From assembly GCA_027053355.1 (NCBI GenBank), contig JALUDX010000195.1:846-64845 (forward strand): 64,000 nucleotides of DNA, written 5' to 3'. Of the stretch, positions 1 to 8,289 are shown in pieces. How positions within the stretch are numbered: position 1 is the first letter of the stretch; each line of letters begins with the position of its first letter. The DNA is from Anaerolineales bacterium (GTDB lineage Bacteria > Chloroflexota > Anaerolineae > Anaerolineales > DRMV01). A program made the translations under genes and the position numbers. Below the pieces are notes generated by a model. It was not told the origin of the DNA. It searched no databases and worked only from the letters and a program-made list of their open reading frames with translations.

Positions 1-473
1 GCGGCGGCGACATGATCAAACGCGTGACGTTGGACGGTTTTGCGGCCAACGACGTGCCGCACAAATTCGAAGCCGGTACGCCGCCCATCGCGGAGGCCGT
101 GGCCTTGGGTGCGGCGGTGGATTATTTGCAAGGCGTCGGGATGGACAAAATCCATGCTTACGAACAGGCGCTTACGGCTTATTTGCTGCCGCGGCTGCAA
201 GAAGTGCCGGGGTTGCACCTGCTGGGCACGGTGGTTGCGCCGCGCGGCGCGGTGTTTTCTTTCTGGATGGACGACATCCACGCCCACGACATCGCCCAAA
301 TTTTGGATCACTATGGCATTGCCGTGCGCGCCGGGCACCATTGCGCCCAGCCCCTCCATCTCAAATTCGGCGTTCCGGCCACGGCACGCGCCAGTTTCTA
401 CTTTTACAACACCCCAGAAGAAGGCGACCACCTGATCGCCGCGCTCTACAAAGCCAAAGAAGTGTTTGCCTGA
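1..473 (+). CDS. sufS: cysteine desulfurase SufS/CsdA type, C-terminal part (5' end outside window)
   Basis: ORF 12..473 stays open in the same frame to the window edge. It has the class-V aminotransferase C-terminal region with the catalytic-Cys loop RAGHHCAQPL, and SufU follows 18 nt later. Confidence 0.85.
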   Translation, partial: GGDMIKRVTLDGFAANDVPHKFEAGTPPIAEAVALGAAVDYLQGVGMDKIHAYEQALTAYLLPRLQEVPGLHLLGTVVAPRGAVFSFWMDDIHAHDIAQILDHYGIAVRAGHHCAQPLHLKFGVPATARASFYFYNTPEEGDHLIAALYKAKEVFA

Positions 474-491
474 CCCCCTGCGAGGAGCCCC

Positions 492-887
492 ATGGAAGAC
501 CTTTACCGGGAATACATCTTAGACCATTACAAAAGCCCCCGCTTCCGCGGGCACTTAGACAACGCCACCCTCACCTACGAAGACGACAACCCCACCTGCG
601 GCGACCACCTGCACATGGAAATCAAGGTCGACGCAAGCGGGAAAATCGCCGACGCCCGCTTCGACGGCATGGGGTGCGCGCTTTCGCAGGCTTCGGCCGA
701 CATCCTGTTGGAACACATCATCGGCAAAACGGTCGCCGAGGCCAAGGCCTTTTCCAAAGACGACTTGCTCGACCTGCTGGGCATCAGCCTGGGGCCGGTG
801 CGTCTGAAGTGCGCCTTGCTTTCGCTCAAGGTGCTCAAGGGCGCGCTCTACGGCCTGGCCGAAGGGGGCGAGGGCGCCAATGGGTGA
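492..887 (+). CDS. sufU: SufU/IscU-like Fe-S cluster scaffold or sulfur acceptor
   Basis: 131 aa with conserved Cys-containing motifs NPTCGD, GMGCALSQAS and RLKCALL. Sits directly after sufS. Confidence 0.85.
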   Translation: MEDLYREYILDHYKSPRFRGHLDNATLTYEDDNPTCGDHLHMEIKVDASGKIADARFDGMGCALSQASADILLEHIIGKTVAEAKAFSKDDLLDLLGISLGPVRLKCALLSLKVLKGALYGLAEGGEGANG

Positions 888-1689
888 ACGCGTCTGGCGC
901 ACGGTCATTGCCGGGCTGCTGCTTACCTACGCCGGTCTCACGCTATTGCTTGTGCTGCACGTGCTGCCGGGGAAGGGGTATGTCTGGGCGCCGGTGGTGT
1001 TGAGCGGGCTGGCGGCCGCCGCAACGCTGCTCCACGCGGCAGGTCAAATGGGCTGGCGACGAACCTTGGCGTTCTTCCTGCTCACGTTTGGCATCAGCCT
1101 CGCCCTGGAAACCGTGGGCGTGGTCACCGGTTGGGTTTACGGCGGCTATCACTACACCCCCAAACTGGGCTGGCGCTTTTTGGGCGTGGTGCCCATCATC
1201 ATTCCCTTAGCCTGGTTCATGATGGTCTACCCAGGCTGGGTGATCGCCCGCGGCATCGTACAACCCCGTGCGAGCAGGGGCTCAACGCGGCTGAAAGACG
1301 CCCTGGCCATCGCGGCCTTGGGCGGGCTCATCCTCACCGCGTGGGACCTGCTGATGGACCCCCTGATGGTGCACTTAGGCTACTGGGTGTGGGAAGAGCC
1401 CGGCGCCTACTTCGGCATTCCGGTGCGCAATTTCATTGGGTGGTGGGTGACCGTCGCCCTCATCCATCTGCTCCACGAAATCGTCATCCGCTCGCCGAAA
1501 ATCACCCCCCGCGGCCCCGCGCCGGCCTGCTGGGCCGTGCTACTCTACGGCCTGGTGGGCTTGAGCAACCTGACGGCCGTGTTAGCCATCCAAAACGCGC
1601 ACCTGCAAGGCCCCGCCTTGGCCGGGCTCTTCGCCATGCTGCCCTGGGCGCTGTGGGGGTGGAAGGCGTGGCGCAGCATTTCCTCTTGA
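880..1689 (+). CDS. polytopic membrane protein, candidate carotenoid-biosynthesis-protein (DUF422/CruF-like) family
   Basis: 269 aa with multiple hydrophobic helices and a WDLLMDPLMV...GYWVWE segment, recalled from DUF422 members. Overlaps the sufU stop by 8 nt. Confidence 0.45.
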   Translation: MGERVWRTVIAGLLLTYAGLTLLLVLHVLPGKGYVWAPVVLSGLAAAATLLHAAGQMGWRRTLAFFLLTFGISLALETVGVVTGWVYGGYHYTPKLGWRFLGVVPIIIPLAWFMMVYPGWVIARGIVQPRASRGSTRLKDALAIAALGGLILTAWDLLMDPLMVHLGYWVWEEPGAYFGIPVRNFIGWWVTVALIHLLHEIVIRSPKITPRGPAPACWAVLLYGLVGLSNLTAVLAIQNAHLQGPALAGLFAMLPWALWGWKAWRSISS

Positions 1690-1764
1690 CCCTGGCGCCC
1701 CCGCGTTTTACTTTCGCGCAAAAGGTTGACAAAACCACGCTTTGGGGTAAAATTTCCCCCGCAA

Positions 1765-1849
1765 GCCGAAGTGGCGGAATTGGCAGACGCGCTGCGTTCA
1801 GGGCGCAGTGGGCCTTGCGCCCATGTGGGTTCGACTCCCACCTTCGGCA
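1765..1849 (+). tRNA. tRNA-Leu (anticodon CAG), class II with long variable arm, no encoded CCA
   Basis: Manual cloverleaf. Acceptor GCCGAAG/CTTCGGC with discriminator A. Anticodon stem CTGCG/CGCAG with loop TTCAGGG. Long variable arm TGGGCCTTGCGCCCA. T arm GTGGG-TTCGACT-CCCAC. Confidence 0.92.
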
Positions 1850-2142
1850 TCGCCCACCCCTTGCGGGTGGGCTTTTGCTTTTTCCCGCTGGTGCCGCTTT
1901 TCCTGACGGTACAGTTCTACGCCGTCCCAAAACAGGGTGACGGCAACCAGCCCGGCCAAGGCGGAGGCCAGGTCGTTGGCCGTGCGGCAGGCCGCGGCCA
2001 TGGTAAGCGCCGCGGCGAAGAAAAGCGCCCCCGCCGGTCGGGTACCCCAACGGGCGTGCAAGCGGCGCACCAACACATGACCAAAGCCGATGGCCGCGAC
2101 GGTCACCCCCGCGGCCAAGGGGCCAACCCAGTAGCCGCTCAT
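1798..2142 (-). CDS. small hydrophobic membrane protein (hypothetical)
   Basis: Internal start MSGYWVGPLAAG of ORF 1798..2226. Its ATG overlaps the stop of the upstream gene (ATGA coupling). The 3' tail runs across the tRNA terminator and tRNA 3' half, so the true stop or function of the tail is uncertain. Confidence 0.45.
   Translation of the reverse strand: MSGYWVGPLAAGVTVAAIGFGHVLVRRLHARWGTRPAGALFFAAALTMAAACRTANDLASALAGLVAVTLFWDGVELYRQEKRHQREKAKAHPQGVGDAEGGSRTHMGARPTAP
1852..1883 (+). terminator. intrinsic terminator after tRNA-Leu
   Basis: 8-bp GC stem GCCCACCC/GGGTGGGC with loop CTTGC, followed by TTTTGCTTTTT. Confidence 0.8.
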
Positions 2143-2432
2143 CGCCCCTCCTTGCGCCGCGGATTGGCCGGGAAAAGGCCCCGCCGTACCCGCTCGGCCT
2201 GGGCGGGCAATTCGGTGCTCCCCCAAATGACCGACCCGGCCAACACACCCACCGCGGCGGCAGCCTCAAAGGAAGGCACGAAATACGAAGCCACGGCCAG
2301 CGCCACGCCCAAGGCCAACACCCAAGGCCATACCTGCGCGCCTAAGTGATATTCCACCTTGATCACCCACCAAAAACCTACACCAATGGCGACTAACATC
2401 CACAGCCCTAAGGCCAAACCTGTCCAATTCAT
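2139..2432 (-). CDS. small membrane protein (hypothetical)
   Basis: 97 aa with two or three hydrophobic helices. Translationally coupled to the downstream small membrane protein. Confidence 0.5.
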   Translation of the reverse strand: MNWTGLALGLWMLVAIGVGFWWVIKVEYHLGAQVWPWVLALGVALAVASYFVPSFEAAAAVGVLAGSVIWGSTELPAQAERVRRGLFPANPRRKEGR

Positions 2433-2449
2433 GAGGCCTCCAGACTAAG

Positions 2450-2542
2450 GGAGGGGTTGAGGTACTGAGGTACTGAGGGGTTGAGGGCGGGTTGCTTGGG
2501 CGTCTCTCTTGGCAACCTGGGGCACTCGGCGACTCGCGTTAC
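2450..2542 (+). repeat. degenerate fragment of type-B intergenic element (microsatellite-like GGTTGAGGTACTGAGG module, ends ...CGCGTTAC)
   Basis: Resembles the module at 10235..10300 and 49593..49625 (..TTGCTTGGGCGTCTCTCTTGGC..) and ends in GTTAC like the family right end. Confidence 0.35.
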
Positions 2543-2611
2543 GCCCCCCAAGATAGCATACTCTGCTCGCCCCCACCACCCAATTTCGCGCAACAATGCC
2601 CTAAAAGCAGA

Positions 2612-3259
2612 TTAATCTTCGCCCCAGCCGTGTTCGCCGCGCAAAGGCACAAAGGCCACGGGCTCTAATACCTCACGCTCCCAGCCTTTTGGGGTGCGCA
2701 GCCAGCGTTCCAGGCGCTGGAAGCCGCGCGAGCCCACGGGCAGCACCAGTTTCCCGCCCACGGTCAACTGCTCCAGCAGGGGTTGCGGCACGGCTGGGGC
2801 GGCCGCAGCCACCAAAATGGCGTCGAAAGGAGCCAACGCGGGCAATCCTTGCGAGCCATCGCCGACGTGCACGGTCACGTTCCTCAGGCCCAAGTCGGCC
2901 AGGCGCTGCCGGGCCTGCTCGGCCAAGTGGGGGAGCCGCTCGATGGTGTGCACTTCGCGCGCCAGCCGCGCCAAAATCGCCGCCTGATAGCCTGAGCCGG
3001 TGCCCACCTCCAGCACCTTTTCGTCGCCGCGGAGGCCAAGCAGGGCGGTCATATAAGCCACGATGTAAGGCTGGGAAATGGTTTGCCCGCTGCCGATAGG
3101 CAAAGGAGCGTCCGCGTAGGCCCGGCCGCGCAGGGCGGGCGGCACGAAGCGGTGTCGCGGCACCTCACGCAGGGCCTGCAACACCCGCGCGTCGTGCACC
3201 CCGCGGGCGAGAATCTGCTCGCGCACCATTTGGTCGGCCAAACGTCGCCAGTCTTCCAT
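2612..3259 (-). CDS. pcm: protein-L-isoaspartate O-methyltransferase
   Basis: 215 aa with GQTISQPY and the SAM motif LEVGTGSGYQAAILA. Confidence 0.9.
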   Translation of the reverse strand: MEDWRRLADQMVREQILARGVHDARVLQALREVPRHRFVPPALRGRAYADAPLPIGSGQTISQPYIVAYMTALLGLRGDEKVLEVGTGSGYQAAILARLAREVHTIERLPHLAEQARQRLADLGLRNVTVHVGDGSQGLPALAPFDAILVAAAAPAVPQPLLEQLTVGGKLVLPVGSRGFQRLERWLRTPKGWEREVLEPVAFVPLRGEHGWGED

Positions 3260-3274
3260 GGTTCGGCTCCGGTT

Positions 3275-3790
3275 TCAGGCCTGTTCGTCGGCCCATTGCA
3301 GGACGCGCACCAAGGGGTCGGCGGGGGCAGGGGCGTGGTGCTCGCGGATCAAGGCGGCGGCGCGGGGGGCGCCAGCCGCGGCCACCAACGCCGCGCCCCA
3401 GCGAGGATGCTGCACGGCGATCACAAAAGGGCGTCGCCAACCCTGCGGCTTCCCCTTCCCCCAGCGGAGCCAGGCGCGAGGGCAGCACCACCCGGCCAAC
3501 ACCACGACTACCCGTTCCCACAGGTGCGGGCGGCAGCGGGCTTTGCCCACGTCGTGCAGCAGGGCCGCGGTCAGCAAGTCGGGGTCGGTATGGCCGGCCG
3601 CGCGCAAGATGCCGAACACCCGCAAGCCATGGGCTTGCTCTGCCAGGGGCATGGCCGAAAAAAGCCGCCACAGCGCGGGCGAAAGCAGAGATTGTGCCTC
3701 GGCCAAAGCCTGGGGGTCGGGCCGCGGGTGCCAGGCTTCCCAAAACTGGCGCAGGCGATATTTCAGCCTAAAAGCAGCGCGCTGAGCCAT
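3275..3790 (-). CDS. HD-domain phosphohydrolase-like protein
   Basis: LLHDVGK motif. Start chosen at MAQRAAF (M45 of ORF 3275..3922). The longer ORF would overlap the M50 gene extensively. Confidence 0.55.
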   Translation of the reverse strand: MAQRAAFRLKYRLRQFWEAWHPRPDPQALAEAQSLLSPALWRLFSAMPLAEQAHGLRVFGILRAAGHTDPDLLTAALLHDVGKARCRPHLWERVVVVLAGWCCPRAWLRWGKGKPQGWRRPFVIAVQHPRWGAALVAAAGAPRAAALIREHHAPAPADPLVRVLQWADEQA

Positions 3791-4392
3791 CGGGTAGGCC
3801 CCACCACCAACCACCCCAACACGTCGATGTGGAAGAAAGGCAGCACGAAGAGCACCACCAACAAAATCAGGAAGCCGTGCTGTTGCAGCGGTGCGAAGTA
3901 GGTCTCCCACAGCCGCGGCCAAAGCCCGGCCAGCACTTTGTCACCGTCCAGGGGTGGAAGGGGGATCAAGTTGAAGAAGAAGAGCAGCAGGTCGAAAAAG
4001 ACCACCGCGGCCAGGAATTGCCGCACCAGACTCCCCAACAAGGTGTGGGGTAAAAAGGGGCCGACGAGGCGATAAAGCAGCGCAGCGAGTAGGGCAAGGA
4101 GCAGGTTGCTCAGCGGCCCGGCAAAGGCCACCCAAAAATAAGCCCACCGCTGGCGCAGCGCCCACGGCGAGATGGGCACAGGCTTGGCCCAACCAAAGCC
4201 GCTGAGCAAGAAAAGGAGCGTGCCCCACGGATCCAGGTGCCGCAAGGGGTTGATGGTGAGGCGGCCGGCGCGGCGCGGGGTCTCGTCGCCGAAATGCACG
4301 GCCACGCGCGCATGGGCGTATTCGTGCAGGGGGAAGGCGACCAGCAGCAAAGCCAGACGAAAAAGGGTATTGAGCAAATCCATGGTCAGCAT
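3763..4392 (-). CDS. site-2 protease family (M50) membrane metalloprotease
   Basis: HEYAHA (HExxH) inside a hydrophobic helix, with multiple TM segments. Start moved to MLTMDLL because the upstream part of the ORF lies inside a repeat element. An alternative ATG is at 4383. Confidence 0.7.
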   Translation of the reverse strand: MLTMDLLNTLFRLALLLVAFPLHEYAHARVAVHFGDETPRRAGRLTINPLRHLDPWGTLLFLLSGFGWAKPVPISPWALRQRWAYFWVAFAGPLSNLLLALLAALLYRLVGPFLPHTLLGSLVRQFLAAVVFFDLLLFFFNLIPLPPLDGDKVLAGLWPRLWETYFAPLQQHGFLILLVVLFVLPFFHIDVLGWLVVGPTRWLSALLLG

Positions 4393-4413
4393 GGCGGTTT
4401 CTCTATTTCGGAG

Positions 4414-4619
4414 GTAACTATTCAGCCACAAGGAAATAGATCACGGATAACACGGATTTTTAGGTCGCCAAGGTCGCCAAGATGACGCCAAGGCCGCCAA
4501 GAAGTGATGGCGAGCGTGGGCTTTTTAGTGTTTTTCGCCCAATCTGCGCTCATCTTTGGGTCTCTTTCGGCGTAATCTGCGAAATCTGTGGTTTCTTCTT
4601 GCCAAGGCTGAACAGTTAC
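4414..4619 (+). mobile_element. type-A MITE-like element (206 bp), complete
   Basis: TIRs GTAACTATTCAGCC / GGCTGAACAGTTAC. Flanking 8-mers are TTTCGGAG (4406..4413) and TTTTGGAG (4620..4627), matching 7/8. About 90% identical by eye to the copy at 54005..54210. No ORF. Confidence 0.8.
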
Positions 4620-4689
4620 TTTTGGAGATAGGCGCCCCACAAGGCCTGATGGGGACGAAAAGGGGCGCCTGAGCCCAGGCAACGCCCAA

Positions 4690-4698
4690 TGGTATAAT
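4690..4698 (+). promoter_or_regulatory. candidate extended -10 promoter TGGTATAAT
   Basis: Exact TGnTATAAT. The same 9-mer class recurs upstream of four other genes in the window. It would transcribe through the repeat fragment toward the DUF951 gene. Confidence 0.4.
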
Positions 4699-4737
4699 TC
4701 AAAAGGAACGCAAAGATGTTGCCTTCCGCTGCCCGCA

Positions 4738-4926
4738 CTACGGATAGCCACGGATGCTCACAGATTTTCAGGTCGCCAAGTCACGCAAAGGGACACAAAG
4801 ACACAGAGAGGGATACGCTAAAATGACGCCAAGCGCCAAGGCGTTGCTAGTATTTTTCGCCCAATCTGTGCCAATCTGTGAAATCTGTGGACGTTTTTCT
4901 GCGAAATCGGCGTAATCTGCGGTTTA
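4738..4926 (+). repeat. type-A-like repeat fragment lacking both TIRs
   Basis: Shares CGGATAGCCACGGAT, GACGCCAAG/GCGCCAAG words, TTTTTCGCCCAATCTGTG and AATCTGCGGTTT with type A but has no GTAAC..GTTAC ends. Confidence 0.55.
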
Positions 4927-4956
4927 GCGCCGCCACCCCAAACGTCAGGGTCGAAG

Positions 4957-5163
4957 ATGCTCTCGGATTTGCGCTTAGGCGATCACGTGCGGCTCAAGAA
5001 GCCCCACCCTTGCGGCGGCAACGAATGGCAAGTGGTGCGTTTGGGCGCGGATATCGGCCTGGAATGTCTGACCTGCGGACGACGCATGTTGCTTACCCGC
5101 CGAGAGTTAGCCCGCCGGCTCAAGGCTATTTTGCCGCGCGCGGAAGCGAAGGAAGCCGAATGA
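4957..5163 (+). CDS. DUF951-family small protein
   Basis: 68 aa, LGDHVRLKKPHPCGGNEWQVVRLGADIGLECLTCGRRM, matching the recalled DUF951 pattern with two Cys pairs. Confidence 0.65.
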   Translation: MLSDLRLGDHVRLKKPHPCGGNEWQVVRLGADIGLECLTCGRRMLLTRRELARRLKAILPRAEAKEAE

Positions 5164-5182
5164 ACCCGCCTGCGCCAAGGGT

Positions 5183-5755
5183 TTAGCCTTCGTCCTCGGC
5201 AGGCGCCGCTTCCGCAGGCGGCGGGGCCTCTTCGGCCGCGGCGACTTCTTCGGTTTCGGGCAAAGGCGTGGCCGCGGTGCGCAAGGCGTCGTCCAACGTT
5301 TGCCCTTCTTTGTGCATCCCCGGTGCGGGGGTGCCGCAATAGGGGCAGATGTTCCACGACAAATCCATCAACTTGCCACAATGGTGGCAGGCTTTTTTGA
5401 GCCGGGTATGGCAGTGTGGGCAGAGGATCCAATCTTCTTTGACCCGGCGACCGCAACCCGGGCAGCGGGTGGTTTCCTCCACGGCTTGCAGCAGCGCCTC
5501 TTCTTCCAACGTGCGCTGATATTCCTCGTCCAAGGTGCGCGCGGGGCGCAAGATGAGGTAAACCAGCAGGCCGGGCAACGAAAGCACGGCCACCAACAAA
5601 GCCGCCAAAATCGGCGCCAACGGGTCGCGGCCGCGAGAACGCATATCGCGATACGCCCAAAACACCAAACTGACCCACAGCGCGGCCAAAAAAGCGCCGC
5701 CCCAGCCGGTCACCAACAAAAGCAATCTGCGTGCCAACGTCGGGTCGAGCCCCAT
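5183..5755 (-). CDS. membrane-anchored double zinc-ribbon protein
   Basis: Start at MGLDPT. Two TM helices, then CPGCG...CPHCH...CHHCG...CPYCG and an acidic Ala/Pro/Glu tail. The upstream 238 codons of ORF 5183..6469 are antisense to radC and were rejected. Confidence 0.6.
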   Translation of the reverse strand: MGLDPTLARRLLLLVTGWGGAFLAALWVSLVFWAYRDMRSRGRDPLAPILAALLVAVLSLPGLLVYLILRPARTLDEEYQRTLEEEALLQAVEETTRCPGCGRRVKEDWILCPHCHTRLKKACHHCGKLMDLSWNICPYCGTPAPGMHKEGQTLDDALRTAATPLPETEEVAAAEEAPPPAEAAPAEDEG

Positions 5756-5884
5756 AGCCAACTCCTTGACTGCGATGAGCAGATTATAGCATAGCCTCCG
5801 GCCAATCCAAGGGCTGCCCATGCGTTGGCCTGGCCGGACAGCACAGAGAGCAAAGCATGACCCACCACACCCAGGAGAGGGGAA

Positions 5885-6562
5885 ATGTACACCATCCGAG
5901 AATGGGCTAAAGACGAACGGCCGCGCGAGCGGCTGGAGCGGTTGGGCGCGCAAAGCCTGAGCACCGCCGAACTGCTGGCGATTTTGTTGCGGGTGGGCAT
6001 CCGCGGCGAAAATGCGGTGCAGGTGGCGCGTCGCTTGCTGCAACAATTCGGCGGGCTGCCCGGCCTGCAACGGGTGGCCTTCAGCGAACTGAAAGCCCAG
6101 CGCGGGCTGGGCACGGCCAAGGCTGCGCAGATCAAAGCCGCGCTGGAATTGGGGCGGCGGTTGCAATTGGCGCAGCGCGGAGAACGACCGCGCATCAGCA
6201 GCCCCGAGGACGCAGCCGCGCTGCTCCTTTACGAAATGAGCGCCTTGGAACAAGAACACCTGCGCGCCTTGCTGCTCGATACCCGCAATCAGGTGCTCAA
6301 AATTCACGAAATCGTGCGCGGGTCGGTCAACAGCGCGCAGGTGCGCATTGCCGAAATTTTCCGCGAGGCCGTGCGCCTCAACGCCACGGCCATCATCTTG
6401 GCGCACAACCACCCCAGCGGCGACCCCACCCCCAGCCCCGACGACGTCGCCCTCACCCGCCAGGCGCAAGAGGCCGGTCGCCTGCTGGATATCGCGGTGT
6501 TAGACCACCTCATCATCGCAGACAACCGCTTCGTTTCCCTCAAGGCGCAAGGGCTGCTCTGA
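5885..6562 (+). CDS. radC: RadC-family JAB-domain protein
   Basis: 225 aa with an N-terminal HhH-like LSTAELLAILLRVG and the JAMM motif HNHPSGDPTPSPDD. Confidence 0.9.
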   Translation: MYTIREWAKDERPRERLERLGAQSLSTAELLAILLRVGIRGENAVQVARRLLQQFGGLPGLQRVAFSELKAQRGLGTAKAAQIKAALELGRRLQLAQRGERPRISSPEDAAALLLYEMSALEQEHLRALLLDTRNQVLKIHEIVRGSVNSAQVRIAEIFREAVRLNATAIILAHNHPSGDPTPSPDDVALTRQAQEAGRLLDIAVLDHLIIADNRFVSLKAQGLL

Positions 6563-6599
6563 ACGCGCCCAAAGCCAACACATCTCCAGGAGGTCAGCC

Positions 6600-7112
6600 A
6601 TGATCGAGGTCAACGGCAAGACCTACGCCAGCGTCGACGACATGCCGCCCGACGTGCGGCAAACCTACGAAAAAATGATGAAACTCCTCGCAGACCAGGA
6701 CCGCGACGGTGTGCCCGATCTGGTTCAAAAGGCCGGTCAATCCCAGGTCAGTGTGGAAGTTTCACGCACCTTCACGGTGGACGGGCAGACCTACCACAGC
6801 CTGGAGGAAATGCCCCCCGAGGTGCGGCAGAAATACGAAGAGATCATGACCCGCTTTGCCCAGAAGTTGGGCCCGGCAGCGGCCGCGCTGCAAGATGCAG
6901 ATGCCATGGAAGCCGCCGCGACCCAGCCCACCGCACCGGCCGCCAACGCCCCCGTAAGGCAGGTCGAAGGCTCGGTCACCGTCATCCAGAAAGCGCCGCC
7001 GACCGTGATGCAGGAAGAGCGCACCAGCCCGGCCTTCGTGCTGGCTTTGGCCGCGGGCCTGCTGCTGGTGCTGCTGGTGGTCGCCGCGGCGCTGCTTTGG
7101 GCCATCCACTAA
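6600..7112 (+). CDS. hypothetical C-terminally membrane-anchored protein with internal duplication
   Basis: GKTYASVDDMPPDVRQTYEKMM and GQTYHSLEEMPPEVRQKYEEIM repeat about 55 aa apart. C-terminal hydrophobic helix. RBS GGAGG 6 nt upstream. Confidence 0.55.
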   Translation: MIEVNGKTYASVDDMPPDVRQTYEKMMKLLADQDRDGVPDLVQKAGQSQVSVEVSRTFTVDGQTYHSLEEMPPEVRQKYEEIMTRFAQKLGPAAAALQDADAMEAAATQPTAPAANAPVRQVEGSVTVIQKAPPTVMQEERTSPAFVLALAAGLLLVLLVVAAALLWAIH

Positions 7113-7136
7113 AAGAACCCGCCCGGTTCCCCAGGC

Positions 7137-7316
7137 GTCACCATTCAGCCGTCGAAAAACTGCCCGCGGCTGAACACGGATAATGACGGATAGCCGCGGA
7201 TTTCGGGGCGCCGAGGGCATCAAGAGAAGCACCGGAGTAACCAAGCACCATTTACCTCAACACCTCCCGCCTTCTGTGGTTTACGGTCTGCGTCATCCGG
7301 AGGGCTGAACAGTCAC
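7137..7316 (-). mobile_element. type-B MITE-like element (180 bp), inverted orientation, internally shortened
   Basis: Ends GTCACCATTCAGCC / GGCTGAACAGTCAC. The interior is the reverse complement of the 19226..19458 copy (GGATAATGACGGATAGCCGCGGATTTCGGGGCGCCGAGGG). Flanking 8-mers CCCCAGGC / CCGCAGGT match 6/8. Confidence 0.7.
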
Positions 7317-7353
7317 CCGCAGGTACGCCCCTTCCCCATTCAGGAGGGAACCC

Positions 7354-8289
7354 ATGCACATCGCCATTACCGGTGGCACCGGCCTGATCGGGCGGGCGCT
7401 GGCCGACCATCTGCTGCGCCACGGCCATCAGGTCACCATTTTCACCCGGCGGCCTGAGCAAGCCAGGCCGAAAGTGCCCGCGCCGGCAACCATTGCCCGC
7501 TGGACGCCCGAGGACCCGCGCACCTTGGCCCAACACCTGCGGCCTGTGCAAGCGGTGGTGCACCTGTTGGGCGAAAACATCGCCGCAGGCCGCTGGACAG
7601 CCCAACGCCGCCGCGCGATTTACGACAGCCGCATCCAGGGCGGCCGTACCCTGATGACCGCCCTCCGCCTCGCGCAGCCCCGCCCCGCGGTGCTCATCCA
7701 GGCCTCGGCGGTGGGCTACTACGGCGACCGGGGCGACGAAATTTTGGACGAATCCGCGCCCCCGGGCGACGACTTCCTCGCCCGCCTGTGCGTGGACTGG
7801 GAAAACAGCACCGCTGCCGCGGAAAACTTGGGGATGCGCCGGGCAATCATCCGCACCGGGGTGGTGCTCAGCCGCGACGGCGGCGCGTTGCCGCGGCTGC
7901 TCCTGCCCATCCGCTTGGGCGTGGGCGGCGCGTTGGGCTCCGGCCGCCAATGGATGCCTTGGATTCACCTCGCGGACGAGGTCGCGGCGATCGCCTTCCT
8001 GATAACCCACGAGCAAGCCCGCGGAGCGTTCAACCTCACCGCGCCCGAACCCGTCACCAACCTGGAACTCACCCGCGCCATCGCCCGCCGGTTGCACCGC
8101 CCGGCCTTCTTCCGCGTGCCCGCGGTCGCCCTGCGCCTGCTCTTCGGCGAGATGAGCATGGTGTTGCTTTCCAGCCAGCGCGCCGTGCCCCGCCGCCTGC
8201 AGCAGGCCGGGTTCACCTTCCGCTACCCCACCCTCGATACCGCGCTGGAGCACCTGCTCAGCCCCGCCCAACCCACCGAGGCCCCATGA
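7354..8289 (+). CDS. TIGR01777/YfcH-type NAD-dependent epimerase-like protein (DUF1731 C-terminus)
   Basis: Rossmann ITGGTGLIGRAL at the N-terminus and a C-terminal GFTFRYPTLDTAL. Confidence 0.8.
   Translation: MHIAITGGTGLIGRALADHLLRHGHQVTIFTRRPEQARPKVPAPATIARWTPEDPRTLAQHLRPVQAVVHLLGENIAAGRWTAQRRRAIYDSRIQGGRTLMTALRLAQPRPAVLIQASAVGYYGDRGDEILDESAPPGDDFLARLCVDWENSTAAAENLGMRRAIIRTGVVLSRDGGALPRLLLPIRLGVGGALGSGRQWMPWIHLADEVAAIAFLITHEQARGAFNLTAPEPVTNLELTRAIARRLHRPAFFRVPAVALRLLFGEMSMVLLSSQRAVPRRLQQAGFTFRYPTLDTALEHLLSPAQPTEAP

Noticed and set aside
4422-4751. ORFs translating through repeats (4422..4751, 17457..17786, 19168..19524, 41308..41538, 49568..50023, 62515..63108). They give recurring peptides such as PRLSAIIRVHPWAVFQRLN or SGQPSSSLRAAFVFAQGSLRLR.
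   Set aside because: The similarity is at DNA level and occurs in different frames and orientations. The 22-bp period rotates through all three frames, and there are no RBS or start contexts.
5756-6469. Upstream 238 codons of the 428-aa ORF 5183..6469.
   Set aside because: They are antisense to the well-supported radC gene, with low-complexity Gly/Ala/Arg content typical of high-GC antisense frames. The zinc-ribbon protein has a sensible start at 5755.
7788-8285. N-terminal extension of the GH13 ORF (626-aa version).
   Set aside because: It overlaps the YfcH-like gene in another frame and is Arg/Pro-rich nonsense. The GH13 N-terminus [20 protein letters not shown] with ATGA coupling is the natural start.
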